Origin: an uncultured Bifidobacterium sp.
Lineage (GTDB): Bacteria; Verrucomicrobiota; Verrucomicrobiia; Limisphaerales; JADLHS01
DNA: 64,000 bases
NCBI GenBank assembly: GCA_964539515.1
Contig: CAZIJO010000003.1
Span: forward strand, 21,490 to 85,489
Reading direction: 5' to 3'
How positions within the stretch are numbered: the first letter of the stretch is position 1; each line of letters opens with the position of its first letter. The translations under genes and the position numbers were made by a program. Positions 56,830-64,000 of this stretch are shown in pieces. The notes below the pieces were generated by a model. The model searched no databases. It was not told the DNA's origin and was given only the letters and a program-made list of their open reading frames with translations.

Positions 56830-58269
56830 CTACCCGAGCGCCAGCGCGCCGGTGCTGTCGCCAAACTTTTCCACCGGCGTGCCCATGTGTTCGAGCATCG
56901 AAACGTAGAGATTGCAGAGCGGCGTGCCCTTTGGGCTGGCGATATGGCGGCCGGGCTTGAGTTTGCCGCCGCCCCGCCCGGCCAGGAGGATGGGTAGGTT
57001 GGCCGGATCATGCCGGTTGCCGTCGGACATGCTCGAACCGAACAACACCATGCTGTTGTCGAGCAGCGTGCGTTCGCCCTCCTTGATCGCGGCGAGTTTG
57101 TCCATCAAATAAGCGAGCTGCTCGTTATGCCAGCGGTTGATTTTGGTGTACGGCTCGAACTTCTCGGGCTTGTCCTGGTGATGGCTGAATTCGTGATGGC
57201 CGCCGCCGGCACCGGGAATGAGCTGGCCGAAATTCTTGCCGGAAACGTCGTTGGCAAACATGAAAGTGCCGACGCGGGTGCTGTCGGTCCAAAAGGCCAG
57301 CGCCATCAAATCGAGCATCAGCCGGACGTGTTCCTGGTGATCGCCAGGTTCGCCCTTCGGCGCCGCGATCTCGCCCGGTTGCGTTTCGGGCTTCCACCCG
57401 CGTGGATCGGGCTTGGAGAAGAACTCGAGTCGTTTCTCCACTTCGCGGACGGCATCAAGGTATTCGTCGAGTTTGTATTGATCGTCCCGGCCCAGGCGGT
57501 TGCGCAACGATTTGGCATCGTCAAGAACGAGATCCAGGAGCGCGGCCCGATCCGCCTGCTGGCGACGGTCGGCGTTCGATATGCGGTTGGCCTTCATCAC
57601 GCTAAAGAGCCGCTCGTAGGCGAGCCGGGGGTTGATCTCCTTCGCCAACGGCATGCTGGGCGAGCGCCAGGCGATGTAACAGCCATAGAGCCGGGTATAA
57701 CCGACGTTGGTGTCAATGCCCGAGATCACCGGGTCAATGCCCAGTTCGAGCGAGGGCAGGGGAGTCAGGTGGCCGATTTGCTGCGCACAGAGCTGGTCAA
57801 TCGAAAGCCCGCCCACGCTGATGTCTTTCCCGGCGGTCTTACGCACCGGCAGGCCGGTCAGGAAGTTTGCAGTCTTGGCGTAATGACCGTCGCCTTGATG
57901 GCTGTGTTGTTTGTCGAGGCCGGAGAAAACCAGCAAGTTTTCGCGATGCCGGGCCAGCGGTTCGAGGGCGTAGGGTAATTCAAATTCGGCGCCAGCCTGC
58001 TTGGGAAACCAGTTTTTCTCCCACACCCCGTTCGGGAAATAAATGCCGGCCATGCGCACCGGCGCTTGCACGTTGGTGGCGGCTTTGGTCGAAGCGACCG
58101 CATCCGGCGCCGCCAAAGCGGCGACCTTACCCATGGCATCCAGCAGGGGCAGTCCCAGCAACGCCCCCGTGCCTTTGAGAAACGAACGGCGGGGCATGCG
58201 CCAGTTTCTTTTCAGAATGGCGGGCGTTTGGGGGACGAATTCCAAGCCGGATCGGTTGGCGGATTCCAT
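56830..58269 (-). CDS. DUF1552 domain protein
   Basis: RRSFLKG...LPLLDAM, YFPNG, SIDQL, LPSLEL, LDEYLDAVREVEKR, HHEFSHH, DNSMVLFGS.MSDGN.H. Confidence 0.92.
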   Translation of the reverse strand: MESANRSGLEFVPQTPAILKRNWRMPRRSFLKGTGALLGLPLLDAMGKVAALAAPDAVASTKAATNVQAPVRMAGIYFPNGVWEKNWFPKQAGAEFELPYALEPLARHRENLLVFSGLDKQHSHQGDGHYAKTANFLTGLPVRKTAGKDISVGGLSIDQLCAQQIGHLTPLPSLELGIDPVISGIDTNVGYTRLYGCYIAWRSPSMPLAKEINPRLAYERLFSVMKANRISNADRRQQADRAALLDLVLDDAKSLRNRLGRDDQYKLDEYLDAVREVEKRLEFFSKPDPRGWKPETQPGEIAAPKGEPGDHQEHVRLMLDLMALAFWTDSTRVGTFMFANDVSGKNFGQLIPGAGGGHHEFSHHQDKPEKFEPYTKINRWHNEQLAYLMDKLAAIKEGERTLLDNSMVLFGSSMSDGNRHDPANLPILLAGRGGGKLKPGRHIASPKGTPLCNLYVSMLEHMGTPVEKFGDSTGALALG

Positions 58270-58270
58270 G

Positions 58271-60232
58271 TCAGGACTCTGGTGCGTTGAGCTTCGGATA
58301 GAAGCGATGTTGAAACGGGTAGCTCATCGCGATCGTCTCGATCAATACGGTGGTGCGCCAGTTGTTCTGCGCGAGGGCTTTCATGGCCTCATCAATAACA
58401 CAGTCGTCAAATTTGTTCAATTCGCGTCCGAAAGCGAAGCCGGTCATTTTGCGGGCCAGGTGACGGATGATCTTCTCCTTGCGCGCCAAGAGCACCTGTT
58501 TTAATCCAGCCGGACCTTCGTAGACCTCGCCCGAGGGCAGCGTCCCCTTGGTGTCCAGCGGCGTGCCTTGCAAATGGTCGCGCCAGCGGCCGAGGACATC
58601 ATAGTTTTCGAGGCCAAAGCCGAGTGGATCCATCTTGTCGTGGCACGATGCGCATTCGGCCTTGAGGCGATGTTGCTCGAGCTGTTGCCGCAGGGAAAGA
58701 CCGGCGGTCTCGGCGGCCCTCTCATTCAGTGCGGGCACATCCGGTGGCGGCGGTGGAATCTTTTCACCCAGCAACGCCTCGATCACCCAGCGTCCGCGCA
58801 AGACTGGACTGGTGCGCAATGGGAACGAAGTTGCCGCATGCACGGCGGCCATGCCCAGCAGGCCGCCGCGCCGGGCATCCGCCACTTCCACGAGTCGCAG
58901 CTCATTGCCCGTGACATCTGGAAGGCCATACAGATTCGCGAGCCGCTGGTTGGCAAAGGTGTAATTACTATCAAGCAGTTCGAGCAAGGATCGGTCCGCT
59001 TGAATTAGGTAATTGAAAAACGCCGTGACCTCACCTTTCATGGCCTGGGCGAGCGCAGGGTCGAACTCCGGATACTTCGTGGCGTCGGGCTTCACCTCGC
59101 TGCCGAGCCGGTCCAGATCCAGCCATTGGAGGGCGAAGCGTTCGCCAAACGCGGCGGCTTTCGGATCTTTCAGCATTCGACGAATCTGCGCACGATAAAC
59201 ATTGGTGTGGGCGAGGTGGCCCGCCTCGGCGAGCGCGAGCAGTTCTTCATCGGGCATCGAGGACCAAAGAAAATAGGACAGCTTGCTGGCGAGGGGAACA
59301 TCCGCGAGCCGTTGGATCCCGTTGGTGGCGGGCTCGGGCTCCGCGAGGAATAGAAAGTGGGGCGAGATAAGCACGCCCTGAAGAGCTAGCCGTACCGCAG
59401 CCGCGAAATTATCGCCCCGCCTGTTCGCCCGTGCATACAAACTGTGCAGGTCATTCACTTCCTCGCGGCTCACCGGTCGGCGCCAGGCGCGACGGGCAAA
59501 CGCGGCAATTACTTCCCGCGCGAACGTCTCCGATTTTTCGAACCAGCCCGGCGTGCGAAACAGGATGCGTTCGCGGGCCGAGCGCAATTCGCGGGCTTGT
59601 CCGCGGGGGCGATCCGGCAGGATCAACTGCGTGATTTGCTCGGCCGCCGCGAGATACTTCTCCACGTGAATGGAGGACGTGAACAGCGTGTCGCCGGTCG
59701 TGTCAAAGCCCTCGCCGCCGCCGCCGTCCGCGGGCAGCAGGTGTTCCAGTTGGAGGTCGAGTTCGACGCCGAAAAGATCGCGGATGGTGTTGATGTATTC
59801 GGCGCGGTTAAGCCGCCGGCTCATTACGTAGCCGCGGTAGAAATTGGCCGTGCGGTCGGAAGCGATCTGATTGCAATCGGGCTTTTCGGGCTGGGGCAGT
59901 TGCCGGAGGAATCCCGTGAGTTTCTGGAACTGATTAAAGTCCAGCTCGCCGGACTTCTTGGGCGGCATCTCATAGGCCTGGACCTTCTCCAGCACCGCCT
60001 GCCAGAGCTCCGGCTCGGTCTTGATCGCGTCGAAATTCTCGAACCGCTCGAGATTCAGGTCTCCCTTGGTCTGGGTCGCGTTGTGACACTCGTAGCATTT
60101 CTTCGCCATCAACGGGCGGATGTGCTTGGCGTAATCCTCCGCCAGTTCGGCGCGGCTGACGAGGGTGAAGCCCAAAAGGGCCGCAAATACTGTCGGCTTC
60201 ACTCGTGACGCGAGTTTAAGGATGTGGATCAC
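58271..60232 (-). CDS. planctomycete cytochrome c + DUF1587/1592/1595/1588/1585 (PSD) domain protein
   Basis: CYECH, RRLNRAEYINTIRDL, LSYFLWSSMPD, RTSPVLRGRW, CASCHDKMDPLGFGLE. Confidence 0.92.
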   Translation of the reverse strand: MIHILKLASRVKPTVFAALLGFTLVSRAELAEDYAKHIRPLMAKKCYECHNATQTKGDLNLERFENFDAIKTEPELWQAVLEKVQAYEMPPKKSGELDFNQFQKLTGFLRQLPQPEKPDCNQIASDRTANFYRGYVMSRRLNRAEYINTIRDLFGVELDLQLEHLLPADGGGGEGFDTTGDTLFTSSIHVEKYLAAAEQITQLILPDRPRGQARELRSARERILFRTPGWFEKSETFAREVIAAFARRAWRRPVSREEVNDLHSLYARANRRGDNFAAAVRLALQGVLISPHFLFLAEPEPATNGIQRLADVPLASKLSYFLWSSMPDEELLALAEAGHLAHTNVYRAQIRRMLKDPKAAAFGERFALQWLDLDRLGSEVKPDATKYPEFDPALAQAMKGEVTAFFNYLIQADRSLLELLDSNYTFANQRLANLYGLPDVTGNELRLVEVADARRGGLLGMAAVHAATSFPLRTSPVLRGRWVIEALLGEKIPPPPPDVPALNERAAETAGLSLRQQLEQHRLKAECASCHDKMDPLGFGLENYDVLGRWRDHLQGTPLDTKGTLPSGEVYEGPAGLKQVLLARKEKIIRHLARKMTGFAFGRELNKFDDCVIDEAMKALAQNNWRTTVLIETIAMSYPFQHRFYPKLNAPES

Positions 60233-60316
60233 GAGCAGTTCCTGGGGCGCAAGCCGTGCTGAATATCCATTGCTGGAATCAGCGATCGCATCAGCGGGAG
60301 AAGGCAGCTCGGGGCG

Positions 60317-61042
60317 TTACTTTGCAAATTGCGCGTAGCGCTCGGCCACGAAGTCCCAATTCACAACGTTCCACCAGGCGGCGATGTAGTCCGCGCGCTT
60401 GTTCTGGTACTTCAAGTAGTAGGCGTGCTCCCAGACGTCCAAGCCGAGGAGGATTTGTGCACCCTGCGCCAGCGGACTGTCCTGGTTGGGTGTGGCGTGA
60501 ATGGCGAGCTTGCCGTTCGAATAAGCCAACCACGCCCAACCGCTACCGAATTGGCCGAGCCCCGCCTTGCCCAAGGATTCCTTGAAGGCATTGAACCCGC
60601 CGAAGGATTTCTCGATGGCCCTGAGCAACTCACCCTTTGGCTCGCCGCCGCCGTTCTTTTTCATCATCTGCCAGAAGAGAGAATGGTTATAGTGTCCACC
60701 ACCGTTATTGCGGACGGCAGTGCGGATTTTTTCCGGGAGGGCATTCAGATTCGCGACCATTTCTTCAACCGATTTTTTGCCCGCCGCGGGATGGTCTGCC
60801 ACCGCCTTGTTCAAATTGGCCACGTAGGCAGCATGGTGTTTGTCGTGGTGAATCTCCATCGTGCGTGCGTCGATGTGGGGTTCGAGCGCGTCAAAGGCGT
60901 AGGGCAGCGGTGGTAACGTAAACGGGCCGGCGGGCGTGGCGGAGGCAACCGCGGGTGTGGTTTGGGCAATGGCGCCGGGCACGGTCGCGAAGGCGGCCGA
61001 AACGAGGGCAGTGGTTTTGAGGGCTTGACGACGGCTTATCAT
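60317..61042 (-). CDS. sodA: Mn-type superoxide dismutase with Tat signal peptide
   Basis: SRRQALK Tat leader; [47 protein letters not shown]. Confidence 0.93.
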   Translation of the reverse strand: MISRRQALKTTALVSAAFATVPGAIAQTTPAVASATPAGPFTLPPLPYAFDALEPHIDARTMEIHHDKHHAAYVANLNKAVADHPAAGKKSVEEMVANLNALPEKIRTAVRNNGGGHYNHSLFWQMMKKNGGGEPKGELLRAIEKSFGGFNAFKESLGKAGLGQFGSGWAWLAYSNGKLAIHATPNQDSPLAQGAQILLGLDVWEHAYYLKYQNKRADYIAAWWNVVNWDFVAERYAQFAK

Positions 61043-61321
61043 ATTCGTTGTGGATTGAAAGTTTCTGGGGCGAAGCTAACACGAACGGTCGCGCCGAGGC
61101 AATTGTCCAGCTGGTTTATTTCTAGGAGGTCGTCCCTGTCACCCCCTGCCGGGAACATCGCGATTCCAAGATTATTGGCGGGCTGCCTGAATTCGGTACA
61201 AGCGGTGAGACAGGTCGGGGGAATGTCATGCATTCATTTCGCCAAAGCTTGCAATGTCGGGCCGGAATCACGACTGCGGTGCCGTGGCGTGGGCACAACA
61301 TCTGCATGATCCACTGCGCTT

Positions 61322-62782
61322 ATGGAGAAGTATTATGTCGCTTGTGATTTTGGCGTGCGAACCAGTCGCATTCTGTTGGGTACCTTGCACAATCAAACGC
61401 TCAAGGTGAATGAGTTGCGTCGGTTCAAAACCTCGGTCATCAGTGAGAAGAATTCTTTGCAATGGAACGTCCCCGAAATCTATCGCGAAACGCTGGCTGC
61501 GCTGACTGAATTGGGCGAGCAGGAGGTGGGGGTGGCGGGCGTGAGTTGCAGCTCGTGGGGCGGAGATTACATGTTGTTTGATTCGGACGGGGCCCTGTTG
61601 ACACCCGTATTTCACCGTGCGGATCAACGGACTGCCGCCGGGATGAAGACGGTCCTGTCGAAGCTGCAGCCGGATACCATTTATGAAGAAGCCGGGGTGC
61701 AAAGCCGGCCCGGTTGCACTTTGTTTCAGTTGGGCGCGGAAGGTTCCCGCCGGCTTAAACGGGGCAATCATCTGCTGCCATTTGCTGATGGGTTCAACCA
61801 TCTGCTCGGAGGCGACCGTAGCGCGGAATTATCTTCAGCGAGCACAACCCAGCTTCTGAATCCGGCCACGCAAACCTGGTCGAAGCCGTTGGCGAGCCGC
61901 TTAGGGCTGGCCATGGAGTTGTTACCGAACCTTGTTTCTCCAGGCACGAAGCTCGGCCGGCTGCGGCCCGACCTGATAAAACAGACGCGGCTCGAGGATG
62001 CGACAGTGATTGCTTCGTGTTCGAACGAACTTTCAGCCGCCTTGGCTGGCCTGCCGCTCGGACATGGCAAGGATTGGGCCTACATGCGGGTCGGCAGCGA
62101 ATCGCTCATCGGGACGCAAGTGCCCGCACCCCTAATGAGTAAAGCGGCGCAGGAACTGGGTTACTCAAATGAAATCTGTCTGGATGGGACGACCAATCTC
62201 TACAAGCCCACTTTAGGCCTCGAATTGCTGGAGGATTGCCGGCGGTTTTGGATCGCCCAGGACCGCGAACTATCGGACGACGTCCTGCTTCATCTCGCGA
62301 CCACTTCACCCGCGTTCGAATGCCTGATCAACCTTGCCGATCCCCGCTTTGCGGAGCCGGGTGATCTCCCCTTGAAGGTTCAAGCTTTTTGTCGCGAGAC
62401 GGGCCAGGAGATTCCCCGCAAACCCGGGCAGATTATCCGGTGTGTGCTGGAAAGCCTCGCGTTGGAGTATCGCAAGGAGTTTCTTCTGCTTGAACAGTTG
62501 ACCGGCAGCAAATTCACCCGGCTCTACTTGTTCGGTGGGGCGGAAAATGGACTTCTCAATCACTTCATTGTCAACGCGCTGCAAGTGCCGGTCATCCTCA
62601 CTTCCCCGGACAGTGGCGCGATCGGCAACGTGCTCGTGCAAACGTTGGCTTTGCGGCATATCCCGTCGCTGGGCGAAGCCCGGGAGATTCTACGCAATTC
62701 CATCAAGACTCAAGCGATTGTGCCGCATCCGGCCTCGTGGGAAATGGTTGCGAATCGGATGGCGGAACTGGTGGCAAGTTAG
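61322..62782 (+). CDS. rhamnulokinase-like FGGY carbohydrate kinase homolog with degenerate motifs
   Basis: Co-linear with RhaB (WGGDYMLFD, ASTTQLLN, SNE, FCRETGQ, ESLAL, AIGNVL), but DFGVRTSR replaces DLGASSGR and NEL replaces HDT. Confidence 0.8.
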   Translation: MEKYYVACDFGVRTSRILLGTLHNQTLKVNELRRFKTSVISEKNSLQWNVPEIYRETLAALTELGEQEVGVAGVSCSSWGGDYMLFDSDGALLTPVFHRADQRTAAGMKTVLSKLQPDTIYEEAGVQSRPGCTLFQLGAEGSRRLKRGNHLLPFADGFNHLLGGDRSAELSSASTTQLLNPATQTWSKPLASRLGLAMELLPNLVSPGTKLGRLRPDLIKQTRLEDATVIASCSNELSAALAGLPLGHGKDWAYMRVGSESLIGTQVPAPLMSKAAQELGYSNEICLDGTTNLYKPTLGLELLEDCRRFWIAQDRELSDDVLLHLATTSPAFECLINLADPRFAEPGDLPLKVQAFCRETGQEIPRKPGQIIRCVLESLALEYRKEFLLLEQLTGSKFTRLYLFGGAENGLLNHFIVNALQVPVILTSPDSGAIGNVLVQTLALRHIPSLGEAREILRNSIKTQAIVPHPASWEMVANRMAELVAS

Positions 62783-62835
62783 CAATTCGGTTCAGTTAAT
62801 TGAGCGCTAACAGTACGGCCCTGGCTACGGGCTGG

Positions 62836-63261
62836 CTACGATCGCTTCTCGTCGGCATCAATGAAGTCTACAAAGTTTTTGAGATCATCGCGGTGGCTTA
62901 ACCCGGCCTGGGCTTTGCGCATTTTCAACCGGGCGATGCCTTCTGCATCATCGGCCTTGGGGTAATCGAGCATGCTGGCCAGCAACGCGGCTTTGTCGGT
63001 CGGAGACTTTCTAACGTGGTGGAGAACCCAATCGCACACCTCGCCGTCGCTGACTGTTTCTTTCACCACCGCGATCATCTGCTCGTGGGTCACGCCTGCC
63101 GCCTTCAGCCAGGCACCATCAAAGCCTTTGCCGAAGTTGTTCTGGTAGTCAGCGTGGAGTTTTCCGGCCAGATGCAGCCGGATCTTATCCACGTAACGCG
63201 GCAAATGCGGCCAGCCGTTCATGGTTTCGCGGGGACTGCGGGGATAAATTATTTCACTCAT
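62836..63261 (-). CDS. DUF5069 domain protein
   Basis: PRSPRE.MNGWPHLPRYVDKIRL...D.IDADE; start MSEII. Confidence 0.85.
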   Translation of the reverse strand: MSEIIYPRSPRETMNGWPHLPRYVDKIRLHLAGKLHADYQNNFGKGFDGAWLKAAGVTHEQMIAVVKETVSDGEVCDWVLHHVRKSPTDKAALLASMLDYPKADDAEGIARLKMRKAQAGLSHRDDLKNFVDFIDADEKRS

Positions 63262-63378
63262 GGGTGGAATGATTGGCCGGCTGGCGGGCGGTGTCAACCG
63301 TTGCCCGCTGAATGCCAGGAAAGCAAAAAAGCGTGAGATTCTGACGCTTGCTCGCGATCCGGACCAACTCCGTCCCGG

Positions 63379-64000
63379 TTAGGGATTGTCGGTAGCGGAA
63401 AGTAGCTTCAAACCGCGCCGCAGGTCATCCTGGCGCAGGCCAATCTGTTCAACGGGAATGCGTCGGAATCCCAGAGCCCAGGCTGGCGAATCTTTCTTCA
63501 GCTTGAAGTCCACCGCGCGCCACTTGTCATCTGGCAAGGATTTGAGACTTGAGGCGGCGTTGGTAAGATTGTTTTCAAGTTGGAACAAGCGAGCCGTGGC
63601 ATGCCAGCCGATATCCAGCCATTTGCCGACGCAGATATTGCGGGCAATCACGTTGTCCTCCGGCGGCACCCCTTTGAACGCCCCGCCGGTGATCGCTGGA
63701 CCTTGGGGCGGACCGTAATAGCGGTCGAGCGATTTCATTTCCGGATATCGCTCACGATAGAGCGCCAGGGGCACGTCACCCAGCCGCTTCCGCATGGTGT
63801 CGTCCACCATGTTGTGCCAGACAGTTGACGGGTCAAGGCCACGGCCATCCGCGCGCACGGCTGGGTCGCAGTCCACAAACAAGTTGTTCTCCACGCGATG
63901 ATCCCGGCCCCCGCCGATGAACATGGCCCAGTGAACCTTGTAAAACACATTGCCGAACACCTCCGTGCCGCTCACGCAGTCGTCCATATAGACACCCATG
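63379..64000 (-). CDS. right-handed parallel beta-helix repeat protein, 5' partial
   Basis: GVYMDDCVSGTEVFGNVF, FIGGGRDHRVENNLFV; C-terminal DF.LK.DSPA..LGF..IP.EQIG motif; runs off the window. Confidence 0.8.
   Translation of the reverse strand, partial: MGVYMDDCVSGTEVFGNVFYKVHWAMFIGGGRDHRVENNLFVDCDPAVRADGRGLDPSTVWHNMVDDTMRKRLGDVPLALYRERYPEMKSLDRYYGPPQGPAITGGAFKGVPPEDNVIARNICVGKWLDIGWHATARLFQLENNLTNAASSLKSLPDDKWRAVDFKLKKDSPAWALGFRRIPVEQIGLRQDDLRRGLKLLSATDNP

Overview
GC-rich bacterial window whose gene content and protein families point to Verrucomicrobiota (Pedosphaera/Limisphaera-like; inference). Main blocks: (1) 1-8.6 kb housekeeping and membrane genes (galK, phhB, GYF-domain membrane cluster, Tat oxidoreductase, BspA-type LRR protein). 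(2) 9.2-20.4 kb alternative complex III operon actABCDEF(G), followed by a CcoN homolog that has lost all six canonical heme/CuB histidines, a CcoO-like cytochrome and a monoheme cytochrome c. (3) queG and aroK, flanked by short palindromic repeats. (4) A ~22 kb co-directional sulfur-acquisition locus (23.1-45.5 kb) divergent from an Rrf2 regulator: yezD-like ORF, porin, sbp, cysP, three tandem M14 peptidase paralogs (one intact, two degenerate), cysK, two secreted proteins with no Cys or Met after the initiator, a two-partner secretion pair (TpsB/TpsA), exbB-exbD-tonB-exbD, then cysTWA. (5) 45.6-64 kb mixed genes (HDAC-family, S1/P1 nuclease, prepilin-like, ECF sigma factor, Hyi-family, DUF1552/DUF1592 pair, Tat-exported Mn-type SOD, degenerate rhamnulokinase homolog). 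The best candidate for an undescribed system is block 4: a sulfur-economised TPS + TonB module with no TonB-dependent receptor embedded in the sulfate ABC operon, plus a possible CysK-docking network of C-terminal Ile tails (Rrf2 -DFVI; M14 paralogs -APNI/-AQNI/-APNL). No rRNA, tRNA, CRISPR array or transposase gene was recognised. All family assignments come from motif recognition by eye, not database searches.
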